Assembly: GCA_020057115.1 (NCBI GenBank)
Contig: JAGVGJ010000032.1
Coordinates: 23,722 to 87,721, forward strand
Direction of reading: 5' to 3'
DNA length: 64,000 nt
Source: Candidatus Omnitrophota bacterium
Lineage (GTDB): Bacteria > Omnitrophota > Gorgyraeia > 2-01-FULL-45-10
Shown here: positions 9,601 to 18,667 of the stretch, piece by piece
Position numbering within the stretch: position 1 is the first letter of the stretch
Layout: each line of letters begins with the position of its first letter
Notes under the pieces: generated by a model
Told to the model about the DNA's origin: nothing
What the model saw: the letters and a program-made list of their open reading frames with translations, nothing else
The model's database searches: none
Position numbers and translations under genes: made by a program

Positions 9601-12600
9601 TCTTGTCTCTTGCCTGAAGTATGCTGATAGCGATCTTTAGATCATTTATGTCATTCTGCATCGGCACTATATTAGCATTCAATTTCTCGACAACGCGCTT
9701 TACGCTGAACCGCGCCTTATCCAGCTCGGCCGTTTTTACAAAACTGACCGCATGACGAAGTTTAGCGTCACCGAGCACCTTCTTAGCTTCACCGGCAAGG
9801 CCTGATTTTGCCCCTTCAAACATAGAAACAGCGTTCTTAAGGTTTCCGACATCCTTCATGCTCGGGACCGGCTTATTCTTTCCAAGGAGGACGACAAGCT
9901 CTGCCTTATGGAGAATCGCATTATTGGTAGCTGTGGCCAGGGCAGCGTCAATGTCTGGGGTGGCCGGCGAGACCGTAAGGTTCATGAAATCTAGGACTTT
10001 AAGCGTTCCGTCTGACATCCTGCCGATATTGCCGAGAATATTGCTCTCGGTATCCACGGTAAAATAGAGGCCTCTGGCCCTTAGACTCTCCAAGAATGAT
10101 TTGGTTTCGGTTTTCAAAGTTTCTCTTGCATTGTCATCTTGAGCCTGTTCCATTTCGTCCAGAAGGGTATTGTTGGCGCGCACCTGGAGTATTATCTTCT
10201 CTCCATTCGTCGCTTCGATCATATCGAAAGCAGCTATCGCGTCACCGCCTGAATCCTTTATCTTCTTTATGGCCTCAGCAAAATCTTTAGCGCCCATCTC
10301 CCTGGTCAACGCGCTCTCCGGAGTCTCTTTACGGCCTGTCATAACGCTCTGGAATCTCTTAAGCTCCACGGGAACCTGTTCATCGCCAGGAGTCCTAAGC
10401 TCAAAGGCTAGCGTATGCCTGCCGACGCCGTCCAGTTCCGCGACCAGCCCGTCTGCTATATCTCCTTTATAGCCTCCCGCGCGGGACGCCATATCGGCTA
10501 CGGCCTTTTGCGGTATGAGCGCCGAGAACCCGACGGCCGAAGGATCACTAATGCTTATGGCTTTACCTTTAACATAATCGACCACCCCGGCAGTGTATTG
10601 TGCGTCGTTCAATTTATTAAGAGCGGCTGTAACGTCTTCTATACGGTAATGGCTCTGCCCGGCCAGGCGGTCTATCTCGGAATTAAGTTTTTTACTTCTA
10701 GCTTCGGGATTATTGGCAGTCCGTTCAAGCTCAGCGCGAAGGTCACGTCTAAGGCCTTTCAGTACATCATTCCGCTCTTTTATCTCGTGCATGAGCTTAG
10801 CTGTAAGCTCCTTCTCTTTACCTTTCTCCAGGAGGCTGCTATCAAGATATATCTGATTCCTGCCCAGGCTATAGTGCGCCTTCTGGCCCCTTATAAATAT
10901 CAATGTCGTATCTTTAAGCATGTCGGCTATACCGAGTGAGCCTATCACTTCTTTAAGAAAAGCCGCTTTTTCGGGCGAATCAAGTCCGTCTATTATATCG
11001 CCTGCCTGGTGTCCGGCATTTTCATCAAGGGTCCTATCAAGCGTTATCCCGGTCTTAACCGCATTGCCTGCGCTAATATTGTAGGCAAGGAACTGGCCTC
11101 GCCGTAATGCAACTTTTATAAGAGTTGTGTAGCTGTCATTGGGCAGATTGTCCGCGCCGCGCCCGCCTACGATCGCAACACCGGCTGCGGCTGCTACGTC
11201 TGTACCCATAAGCCCCGCCAGAGGTCTCCACACGGTTACGACATTGCCTGAGATGCCCATAGCTATATCATCTAGAGTATAGTTCTTCTGCTCTCCTCCT
11301 TTGGTCAGGTTCTCGCAAATAATGTCCTCGCCTCTAACCTCTTTGACCAGCCTTAATGTACCTGAAGCGCTGAGTATGATATCTCCTTTTTGGGGCTGAT
11401 CTATGTTTCCGAGGATATTCGGGGACCTGTTATAAAAATTTGCCAGAAAAATGGATAGCGCCGGGAGATATTGGTCCTCTTTCATGGAGCCGGTGGGCCG
11501 CCACGCGCTTGCCGCGCCTTGTGAAAGCCGTCTATTGATCTGGTCGAGCTTAACGATATCTTCCCTGCCTGTTGAAAGGTTCTCCATGACAACATCATTT
11601 CCATCTATGCTGGTTACGGCCCTCGATGTTCCAGAAGCGCTAAGCATGATATCCCCGGCCTGAAGCTGCGTCCTCCTGCCTAATACTAATGGACCAATAT
11701 TCGAGCATCCTGTAAGAAAAGTTGCCAAAGATGCAGGATAAGCGCCTAAAGCGGGAGCCATTTTCTTTACGGCAGGCCTTGCCGCGATAGCGGCAGCTGG
11801 ACGAGCTGCCGGAGCGGCCTTTGCAATAACCGTTCTGTTCATGAGGCCTTGCGCGCCTTCTTCGTATTTCGCCACATTGCCAAGCGGATCTACTTCCAGT
11901 ATTCCGCCTTTACTGCCACGCTGGCGATAATTGCCGGACATGCCGCCGTCTATACAATATACGTCGCTGTCAAGCCCTGTAAAGTTTTTGATCTCTCCTG
12001 AGCCGACAGCATGCCCTACTATCAATCGGAAATTGACATCCTTGCCAAGGCCCATCTGCTTGCGCATCGCTTCATAAAGTCTTTCTCTGTCACTGCGTTC
12101 TGCTCCTTCGCTGGCCCATTCCTTTGCATATGGCCATATATCCATACCCCTTTCGGCGTCAAAAAACATCCCTATAGCTTCGTCAAGCCCTGCCATAAGA
12201 CCGCCTTTTGTCCCATCGACTTTAGCGGCATTGGCCGGATCATAAACATAATTAAATACTGCCGCGGGGATGCTGGCATGCGCGATTATATTACCGTCAA
12301 CAGCCGCTACGCGTTTGAGATTGAGGAAGAAATCTACAACACCGTCCTTCTTCATGTTCTGGAACGCGGCTCCGAATTCACCATACTTGTCTACTTCGGC
12401 AGAGCTGCCTTTATAATTTTCGTAAAACTCTTGCACTGTATTCATAACATCCATAACCGCTCTGGGGTTGAATCCCAGCTTAAAGGCTATATCCCCGGCC
12501 CTCTCCTGCGCCGTCTTGAGGTCGACCTTCCCCATCGTCCCCATATCTTCAAAAAGTTTTCGCATTACATAATCATGGTTGCCTTCTATGGTGATGACCA

Positions 12601-15600
12601 TGGCCCCTGCGGCTTGGGCCTCCTTTATCATCTTCATGATGAACTTTACAACCGCGACATTCTGTTTACCTCTATCTATATAATCACCTGCGAATGAAAC
12701 GACCTCTCCTTTTTTAAATGTAAATTTTACATTGCCCTGCTTGTCCACGGCTACAATGCCCGCGGCTGCCAGATGTTTTATAAGTTCGTTATAATCGGCA
12801 TACACATCCGGCACCGCCACCAGCCTCGTGGCTCCTATAAAGGCCACAAAGTTCCTATTGGTTTGCGGTGATATCTGTCTTAGCTGTTTAGTAGGCGCGG
12901 CGACGGCAAGGCCTTTCTGCGCGATAGCCTGCCTCATCTGAGGAGAGATCTTTGCGAGCTTTTCAGAGACAACCGCATTATACTTTTCAACAGCCAGCCT
13001 GATATTCTCCTGCGCTTGAGGAGAGAGATAATCGACACCGATGCTTCGCGATAAGATGATCTTGCTCGTCATGACTTCGATACTGAAAGCGATATTTTTA
13101 TACTTAGAATTATCGCGATATTTGTCGTCCAGGTTCTGTATATTACCGATCCCTTTTTCTTCTATCCTGCCATCGGCCGTCACCATGACATTTACTCCGG
13201 CATATCCCTGGCCAGCATTACCGCCCACGGATTCACCTGCAAGGACTTTGTCAAAAGCATTGGACTGCATCATAGCGACATTGTGATCCACTATAACGGC
13301 ACTACCGGCAATAGCGGCCTGCCGGACACCGCGCCCTGCGGCCTGCGCGAGCTCTTCGCTTACCATCCTGTTATGGGCCGCATATGCAAGATTATTGATC
13401 TTCTTGACCGGCTGCGGAGAGCGGCGCGCTAGCGGCGTACTCTGCTCCTGAGCATTTAGCCCATTGACAACTGCCGCGCGCTCCTGTATCTCATGGCGCA
13501 GTTGCTTTGCAAGTTCAGCCGGATCGGCAATATGTTTGGTATCTATGTAATACTGGTTTCTCTGAATACCGTAATGAGTTCCGTAGCATGCCTCGCCTAC
13601 TTGCGTAGAGACGGCATCATCAAGCCCGCCTATGAATAATATCGTCGCATCTTCCCCTAGAAGCGCCCTGTCTTCCTCACTTAAAGCACTCAGGGTGGCA
13701 TTAAGGTTCTTGACTTGCTGCTGGTTAAGGGCCAGCCGGCCGGCCAATGCATTACCGTTGTCAAGATTTAGCTTAGTCCCGGTGAACCTGCCGTCCGCGG
13801 AAGGTTGGATCGCCGTAAAAGATCCCTTCCATATTGCATTCTTTATCGGGTCTGCGTAAAAATCATTATTCATACCCGCGAAACCGCGGGACGGCTCTAC
13901 AGTCGTGCCGGCAACACCGGTAAGGATCGTCATGGTATCAAGTTTTGGCTGAGCAGCGGTCATATCCATAAAACGCGAGACTATGGTCGCCGCGCGAGCT
14001 TTTATTTCTTCGTTGAAATAACTCGGGGCGACAGACCACCTGTCCGGGTGTTTTTTAGAATCGACGGAAACTTCGTAGAAGTCGGCGTCGAAACCTACAA
14101 CGCTGTCCGGATCATAACTCCTGGTATTATTGTCATATCCCATGAAACCGTAATTGTTCTTCGCATTCTGAGTGTCTCTGTCGAAAACGCCGCGGTCCTT
14201 CATCTTATTGAATAGGTTGTTGATGGCCGTCCATATCTTATCCGTCTGGGCCTTCAGATCTTTTTTGCTCCTGTCGGCATCCGCCGTGATCTTTGTGAGC
14301 TTATCGTCGTATTCTTTGCGTTTTACAGGGCTCAATAGCCCCGGCCTTGCTCCGAGAGCGGCGACAGCCCTCTGCATGTCGCTGTCGACTTTTTGCTCTG
14401 CCTGTCTTATGCTTGTCAGCGCTTCATCTACCACCATGACCTTTGTCTGGACTATGGCAAATGGCACGTCTACGACCTGCTCCTGCCCATTTTCATCCAT
14501 TACCGTGAATCGAAGGTTCTCTATGACCTGCGGAACGAATATACTCCCGAGTTTTGCTTTGGCGCCTGCATACTTGCCGGATATGTCCTTCTGCATCTTA
14601 TCGACATCCTCAGGCCTTATCTTGGTCCCGTCCCTCTTTTTGTCCGTCCTGGGAAATTTAACGATTATGGTGCCGTACGTGGGGTCGACCATCTCATAGA
14701 CCAGCATCGAATTCCCCCTCAAGCTGACTATGTCGCCTTTGGCATCTCTCATCACATTGCCGGCCGGGTCTGTCAAATACCTGAGCGGTTTCTGTTGGAG
14801 GTTGCTCTTCACGATATTATTGGTCAGCATGCCAAGCGCATCCACAAGCGCCTTCACATTATCGATGCCATTCACGTCCACCCCGGCCTCTGAAAATGCC
14901 TGGATCATCTGTTTCAGCTGCTCTTCCTTGGTCTCCGGCTCGGACAATATGTCTCTTACTCTCTGCACGTCAAGATCGCTAAGCTTCAGCCGCTGTAATT
15001 CCGCAAATACGTTTATGGAAGTCCCGGGTTTACGCAATAGCGCCATCAGGTCATTCACCGCAAGCCGGTTCAAACCAGCCGCATCTCTCAAAAATGTCTC
15101 AAGCCTTGCGAGCTTCTGATCGCGGGTCATCTCCGGAGTAACAAATACCGAGGCCACCCATTTCGACAATGCGGCCTTTTTCATGGTCTGTTCATAAAGG
15201 ACGGCGTCCGGCATATTGAATCTTGCGCCCTCCCCTTGGGCCCTCTCTAAAACGCTCCTCTGGTATTCTCTTGTTTCGCGGACAAGGTCCCTCAGCTCAT
15301 CCGAAGCCATGCGGTTCAATTCCGCGGCGTGATATCCGGTGAGGCCGTCGACCATGCCGTTGGTGATAGTGGCCGTGCCGGTCTTTGATATCTTTTGGGC
15401 GAATGCCGCCGCCTGCTCGGCGCTAGCAACTATATGGGCATCGCGCATGGTATAACCGCGGTCCCTCCAGTATGCCTCTCGCGCTTCGTGGAAAAGGGAT
15501 TCTTGTTCAAATTTCAGGTTGCCTTTTGCATCAACAAAAGCCGGGCTTGAATTCAGGACTATCACTCTCGTGCCGTCGGAGCTTACAAAATTGAACGCCG

Positions 15601-17668
15601 GGCCCATATCGCTCCCGAGGTCGCTGGTTATCACTTTGGCATCTACGCCGTATGGCTTTGTCGCTACCGCGGCTATAGCGAGCTTTTCGAGCTCCGCCCT
15701 CTTCCTCGCATTAGCATCCAGGGTAGTGACAATCTTAGCGGTAGCCGCAGCAGCGCCGACTCTCTTTAAAGCGGACCCCGCGGTGATATCTTTTTGAAGC
15801 TCTGCCAGCGTTATCTCTGTCCCGTCTTCGCCGTCACCGAAATTCATCTTTTTGCCGTCCGGCAAAAGCAGCTGGACCGCGCCGTCTTCCTCGATCATCG
15901 CCTGTATCCTGACTGCAGCCCTGAAGGCATTGACATTATCCTTGCCCCATACGGCTTCGCCGAGAGATGAGAGCATGGTCGCTATCTGCATAGATGATGC
16001 TGAAGCCATTACAGGCGCCAGTTTATCGACCATTCCCGGCTCCTTGCCTGCGAGCAGGTTAAAATACGGGGATTGGTAACCTTCGTCATTCCTGAAGGTA
16101 GGTATGATAGATACGTAGGAGATATTGTTCTTCTTGAAGAGGTCGCAGAGGTTCTCGGTGTGGAATCCTCCGGAGACTATTACCGCATATTTCTTAGACG
16201 ACGGCGGGGCGCGCTCTCCAGGGAGGCCCATCTTCATATTCTTCAAGAATGCATCATCCCTCTTGAATGAATAGGCGTAAAATTCGGATATCTCATTCCT
16301 GTAGGCGTCGAGCTCATCGATACCGTCCGAAAGCTTTGCCTGTATCTTCCACTTCGGCGCTTGGTTTTCAATAAAGGATTTGAAGTTCTTTACGGCAAAT
16401 GAGCCTTCATTTGCGAGATAATATTTATAGTCATCTCTTGTTATCGCGATATTGAATATGTTCTTCGTGAGGGTGAGGTTCTTTGAGAGTTCATCCAGCT
16501 TCCTCTGGTCATCGTTCTGGTAGAGGCCTTCCTTTATCTTGGATTCGAGGGCCGCCATCTCTTCGAGTATCTTCGCCTTGTCGATGGCCTGGTACAGGGA
16601 TATATATACTATATATTTCTGGAGTTCCGGCATATCCTTGATCTCTATATTCGCGATCTTCGCCTTTTTTAATAGATATGTGTAAAAGTCGCCTTGCGCT
16701 ATTTTTTCTGCCTGGAATTCCACCGTCATAACCACCAATTCTTCGAGCTGCTTCTTGGGAAGGGATTTCTGAAGCAGATCGACAAGTTTCGACTTCTCAG
16801 TATCTGCCTTCTTGAAATCTATCCCGCCTTCCTGTTCGAGCGACTGCTGCAACAGATACAGGTTCGTATAGCTCTTTATGTTGATTGCCTGGCGATTGCC
16901 GTATTTCACGAGACAGAGGACATAGTCCTTGAAATCGAGCTTATTCTCTTTATATTCGGTGAACTTCTTGTCCAGATCGAGGAGCTCCGGTGGATAGAGT
17001 TTATTCTTTATGTTACCTAATATATAGCTGATCTCATTCAAGTACTTATCGACCTTATCCTTATATTTAAGGGAGTTTTTATAGACTTTGAGGTTATCGA
17101 CATAGAGCTTCGTGTCTTCAACGCCCCACAGAGCCGCCTTGTTCGGATTATTTATCGCAAAATACTCGGCGCCGTTCACGAGCCCGTCCTTTACGAAGTA
17201 GTCGCTCACGCGTTCCCTGGTATCGGGATCATTTATGGAGTCGAATATTGCAAGATCATAATCTCCGACACCACCTTCAAGATTTACAGAACGGATGCCA
17301 TATTCCTTATTAAAGTAATCGATCAGTTCGGATAGCTTGCGCTGGCAGGCGTAGTTGCAATGGGCATCCTGTATATGTATGACGGTCGTTGAAGACCCCG
17401 CATCATAACTATCTCTTATATGCCCCAGATTCTGAGGCAGGCTGAATGTCTTTACATTAAGCTCTTTGGTAGAGCTTGGGCTGCCCGGTTCCTCTGAGCC
17501 GACGCTCGTAAGCTCTGGAGTTGCCCTGGCAGCCCACGCTCTTTCTACAAGGGTATCGACCCCCCCTGTAGTAAACAAAAAGGACCACAAAGTGATGATC
17601 GAGATCACCTTTAATGGCCCTTTCCTGCTTATATGATTACTGCGGCTATCAGCCCGAGCGTCTTTCAT
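6647..17668 (-). CDS. giant (3673 aa) multidomain secreted-type protein: N-terminal HIQDAH domain, three HExxE zincin-like modules, two kinase-like domains, calcineurin-like phosphoesterase, PP2C/SpoIIE-like phosphatase
   Basis: Uninterrupted 11 kb ORF; hydrophobic N-terminal segment; motifs HIQDAHCNYACQ, LEGG, GGFHT, GDYIDRG, GNHD, IDGGMS, GGDW, MGDVSGHG, DDANLL. Confidence 0.88.
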   Translation of the reverse strand: MKDARADSRSNHISRKGPLKVISIITLWSFLFTTGGVDTLVERAWAARATPELTSVGSEEPGSPSSTKELNVKTFSLPQNLGHIRDSYDAGSSTTVIHIQDAHCNYACQRKLSELIDYFNKEYGIRSVNLEGGVGDYDLAIFDSINDPDTRERVSDYFVKDGLVNGAEYFAINNPNKAALWGVEDTKLYVDNLKVYKNSLKYKDKVDKYLNEISYILGNIKNKLYPPELLDLDKKFTEYKENKLDFKDYVLCLVKYGNRQAINIKSYTNLYLLQQSLEQEGGIDFKKADTEKSKLVDLLQKSLPKKQLEELVVMTVEFQAEKIAQGDFYTYLLKKAKIANIEIKDMPELQKYIVYISLYQAIDKAKILEEMAALESKIKEGLYQNDDQRKLDELSKNLTLTKNIFNIAITRDDYKYYLANEGSFAVKNFKSFIENQAPKWKIQAKLSDGIDELDAYRNEISEFYAYSFKRDDAFLKNMKMGLPGERAPPSSKKYAVIVSGGFHTENLCDLFKKNNISYVSIIPTFRNDEGYQSPYFNLLAGKEPGMVDKLAPVMASASSMQIATMLSSLGEAVWGKDNVNAFRAAVRIQAMIEEDGAVQLLLPDGKKMNFGDGEDGTEITLAELQKDITAGSALKRVGAAAATAKIVTTLDANARKRAELEKLAIAAVATKPYGVDAKVITSDLGSDMGPAFNFVSSDGTRVIVLNSSPAFVDAKGNLKFEQESLFHEAREAYWRDRGYTMRDAHIVASAEQAAAFAQKISKTGTATITNGMVDGLTGYHAAELNRMASDELRDLVRETREYQRSVLERAQGEGARFNMPDAVLYEQTMKKAALSKWVASVFVTPEMTRDQKLARLETFLRDAAGLNRLAVNDLMALLRKPGTSINVFAELQRLKLSDLDVQRVRDILSEPETKEEQLKQMIQAFSEAGVDVNGIDNVKALVDALGMLTNNIVKSNLQQKPLRYLTDPAGNVMRDAKGDIVSLRGNSMLVYEMVDPTYGTIIVKFPRTDKKRDGTKIRPEDVDKMQKDISGKYAGAKAKLGSIFVPQVIENLRFTVMDENGQEQVVDVPFAIVQTKVMVVDEALTSIRQAEQKVDSDMQRAVAALGARPGLLSPVKRKEYDDKLTKITADADRSKKDLKAQTDKIWTAINNLFNKMKDRGVFDRDTQNAKNNYGFMGYDNNTRSYDPDSVVGFDADFYEVSVDSKKHPDRWSVAPSYFNEEIKARAATIVSRFMDMTAAQPKLDTMTILTGVAGTTVEPSRGFAGMNNDFYADPIKNAIWKGSFTAIQPSADGRFTGTKLNLDNGNALAGRLALNQQQVKNLNATLSALSEEDRALLGEDATILFIGGLDDAVSTQVGEACYGTHYGIQRNQYYIDTKHIADPAELAKQLRHEIQERAAVVNGLNAQEQSTPLARRSPQPVKKINNLAYAAHNRMVSEELAQAAGRGVRQAAIAGSAVIVDHNVAMMQSNAFDKVLAGESVGGNAGQGYAGVNVMVTADGRIEEKGIGNIQNLDDKYRDNSKYKNIAFSIEVMTSKIILSRSIGVDYLSPQAQENIRLAVEKYNAVVSEKLAKISPQMRQAIAQKGLAVAAPTKQLRQISPQTNRNFVAFIGATRLVAVPDVYADYNELIKHLAAAGIVAVDKQGNVKFTFKKGEVVSFAGDYIDRGKQNVAVVKFIMKMIKEAQAAGAMVITIEGNHDYVMRKLFEDMGTMGKVDLKTAQERAGDIAFKLGFNPRAVMDVMNTVQEFYENYKGSSAEVDKYGEFGAAFQNMKKDGVVDFFLNLKRVAAVDGNIIAHASIPAAVFNYVYDPANAAKVDGTKGGLMAGLDEAIGMFFDAERGMDIWPYAKEWASEGAERSDRERLYEAMRKQMGLGKDVNFRLIVGHAVGSGEIKNFTGLDSDVYCIDGGMSGNYRQRGSKGGILEVDPLGNVAKYEEGAQGLMNRTVIAKAAPAARPAAAIAARPAVKKMAPALGAYPASLATFLTGCSNIGPLVLGRRTQLQAGDIMLSASGTSRAVTSIDGNDVVMENLSTGREDIVKLDQINRRLSQGAASAWRPTGSMKEDQYLPALSIFLANFYNRSPNILGNIDQPQKGDIILSASGTLRLVKEVRGEDIICENLTKGGEQKNYTLDDIAMGISGNVVTVWRPLAGLMGTDVAAAAGVAIVGGRGADNLPNDSYTTLIKVALRRGQFLAYNISAGNAVKTGITLDRTLDENAGHQAGDIIDGLDSPEKAAFLKEVIGSLGIADMLKDTTLIFIRGQKAHYSLGRNQIYLDSSLLEKGKEKELTAKLMHEIKERNDVLKGLRRDLRAELERTANNPEARSKKLNSEIDRLAGQSHYRIEDVTAALNKLNDAQYTAGVVDYVKGKAISISDPSAVGFSALIPQKAVADMASRAGGYKGDIADGLVAELDGVGRHTLAFELRTPGDEQVPVELKRFQSVMTGRKETPESALTREMGAKDFAEAIKKIKDSGGDAIAAFDMIEATNGEKIILQVRANNTLLDEMEQAQDDNARETLKTETKSFLESLRARGLYFTVDTESNILGNIGRMSDGTLKVLDFMNLTVSPATPDIDAALATATNNAILHKAELVVLLGKNKPVPSMKDVGNLKNAVSMFEGAKSGLAGEAKKVLGDAKLRHAVSFVKTAELDKARFSVKRVVEKLNANIVPMQNDINDLKIAISILQARDKKLLNAATAALKDAEELRAAEDKSIEDIRQEALKANEGVEAIDLNVALDMLVNLNAAGIVQKEAVDALRGQMKINILDRVQLQMATAAITKALELSKAADVIDNAINKEIVKHNKTLLSKDVMETLEEHNDAESMARAISMFGVTSEEFNAIQTELDKGIKTQNVDIFRKQMIQNPFDAANAAGGDWHSFAESKDGRFALMEMGDVSGHGIQGAIVGCILYRIAKDFRYPMNGKMMTAIEAIETIASTMPEGDQVGQTKKVLSAYQAYLQAAMSLELAKVGLGSTRMFITYNSVLIDNRLKRTYDYNAGGMPIAVISRDVPTDLTAKIKEIMSDAMLTNESDKRAAVDKYIADNITSESSKKKATALGFVREKAIEPLKNIDMLDPNQVETLLPAYARANIIVKDNVRAIVFANDRFNEAMDAERNDIYDPADFKVGSYAPFTDKTANDYFLMKASHEALQIAAGKSTIDSMAKNMVKKDVIQPDGTVKTVDSIVHDDANLLIYRLSDVRRPVVPAAPTAMVVTPAVEKAAITPEDKITQYLLEAGEALKRLRDTGLEEHFTAAASSLNKAVEMDPKLGGIPTATIAHFAVDFLQAPAKDKTAFRKFLSKLDPALRAESRAKAKALFTIYEKDYDAGKYKMNATLYPDADGSVGTLEVAGYDELGPIDESKKVLDTSGQSISTSGVIGPVVPSPTSLVASPYSQALDRIVAEQLIPGSKLDQAALNNAAKDVLGSLTKNSALTADKVIKQLLEALDSSPLSAENKQMIEASLRFVVIAESLSSAWPNKLNVVVQFLPDLGLKAPGTNIGNRAGGVIEKDFNVSAKSIIGMEDASDFEIADIITKAAKAMEAAAAPKDARAIVFLPKKLEKTFSLVMKDLAEKNTPGLDRVRVVSIDTAGEFPDTATFFAFGIKLLDYDRLTAEERAAQDHQDLLNMIALVASGKEDPKDILKKIFEKGYTLPIRKINFNDIKAWKRAQDAVLMSL

Positions 17669-17914
17669 GGTGGCTTAGCCCCTTCTTTCATTTTATAAAT
17701 ACTTTTTAAATCTTTAAATTATCTCCTCTAAAAAAATGCCTTTCCGAGCGTCGCTTCGGTCCAGCTTACTTCGAGCGTCCTTCAATTATAAGTTTACCTG
17801 ATGGATATGAAAATACAAGGAAACTTAGCTAGCTTTTTTCAATACTAACATTTGCTAGTTTTTCGGATAGAATTGGAGGCATGTGAGGCGGCGTCGGTAT
17901 CAGAGATACCGACA

Positions 17915-17948
17915 TCCGCCATATTTTTCAGAAGAAAAATATGGCGGA
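17915..17948. repeat. perfect 15-bp inverted repeat overlapping the tRNA-Ser(CGA) 3' end
   Basis: TCCGCCATATTTTTC-AGAA-GAAAAATATGGCGGA; adjacent hairpin GTCGGTATC-AGA-GATACCGAC at 17893-17913. Confidence 0.8.
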
Positions 17949-18031
17949 GAGGGAGAGATTTGAACTCTCGTACCCCGTTAGGGGTAACACGCTTTCGAGG
18001 CGTGCGCGATCAACCGCTCTGCCACCTCTCC
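17942..18031 (-). tRNA. tRNA-Ser(CGA)
   Basis: Anticodon arm CACGC-CTCGAAA-GCGTG, long variable arm, T arm, encoded CCA. Confidence 0.97.
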
Positions 18032-18047
18032 GGTCATTACTGATAAT

Positions 18048-18240
18048 CTATTCTAATCTGTCTAAATTTTTTCGCGCTTGCGCAAAATTTGGATCCCGCT
18101 TGAGAGTCTTACAAAGTTCTCTGGCCTTAACTATATCACCGGCATCGCGATACTGCGCGGCAAGACTATTATATAACAGATACTATACCACAACGGATAA
18201 CAGAAGCACAAACAGGATAGAAAAAATATGCCTCCTGGAA
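18048..18240 (-). pseudogene. remnant of a membrane-anchored TPR protein gene
   Basis: Startless frame LLYNSLAAQYRDAGDIVKARELCKTLKRDPNFAQARKNLDRLE* resembles a terminal TPR; an out-of-frame TM-like stretch HIFSILFVLLLSVVV lies upstream. Confidence 0.45.
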
Positions 18241-18262
18241 TATGGATCTTGAAAGCAATGTG

Positions 18263-18667
18263 CTACAATTCCTGCCTGGCCCATATGTAGAACCTCTCGG
18301 CCTGTTTTAAGATCTCGAGAGCATCGTGTTGTGAAAAAACCGCATTGTCATATTCTATCAAAGACTTCTTCGCCAGAATACGGCGAAATGCGCTTAACTT
18401 ATCACCGACTCCATCGATCTTAAGATTCTGCTTCATAAGGTCCAGCGCAACCATATGGTCTCTGTCTATCGACCTCCTCCCGCCATATCTGACAAGAAGC
18501 GCATCGGCTATCGAAATAGCGCAATGTACCGCATTCAATCCAACCGCACTCCAGTAACCTTCTTTCTCAGCGTGAAGCATGGACTTATAGAATTCCTCTG
18601 CCTTCTTCTTATAATTCAAGTATTGAGACCTGTCGACTTCCGCTGTTTTAACCTTCTTCGATGTCAT
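18263..18667 (-). CDS. HEPN domain protein (toxin-like partner of MNT)
   Basis: Helical 134 aa; KAEEF...AVHCAI..ADALL...G.RS...DH and KKSLIEY motifs; ATGA overlap with the MNT gene. Confidence 0.82.
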   Translation of the reverse strand: MTSKKVKTAEVDRSQYLNYKKKAEEFYKSMLHAEKEGYWSAVGLNAVHCAISIADALLVRYGGRRSIDRDHMVALDLMKQNLKIDGVGDKLSAFRRILAKKSLIEYDNAVFSQHDALEILKQAERFYIWARQEL

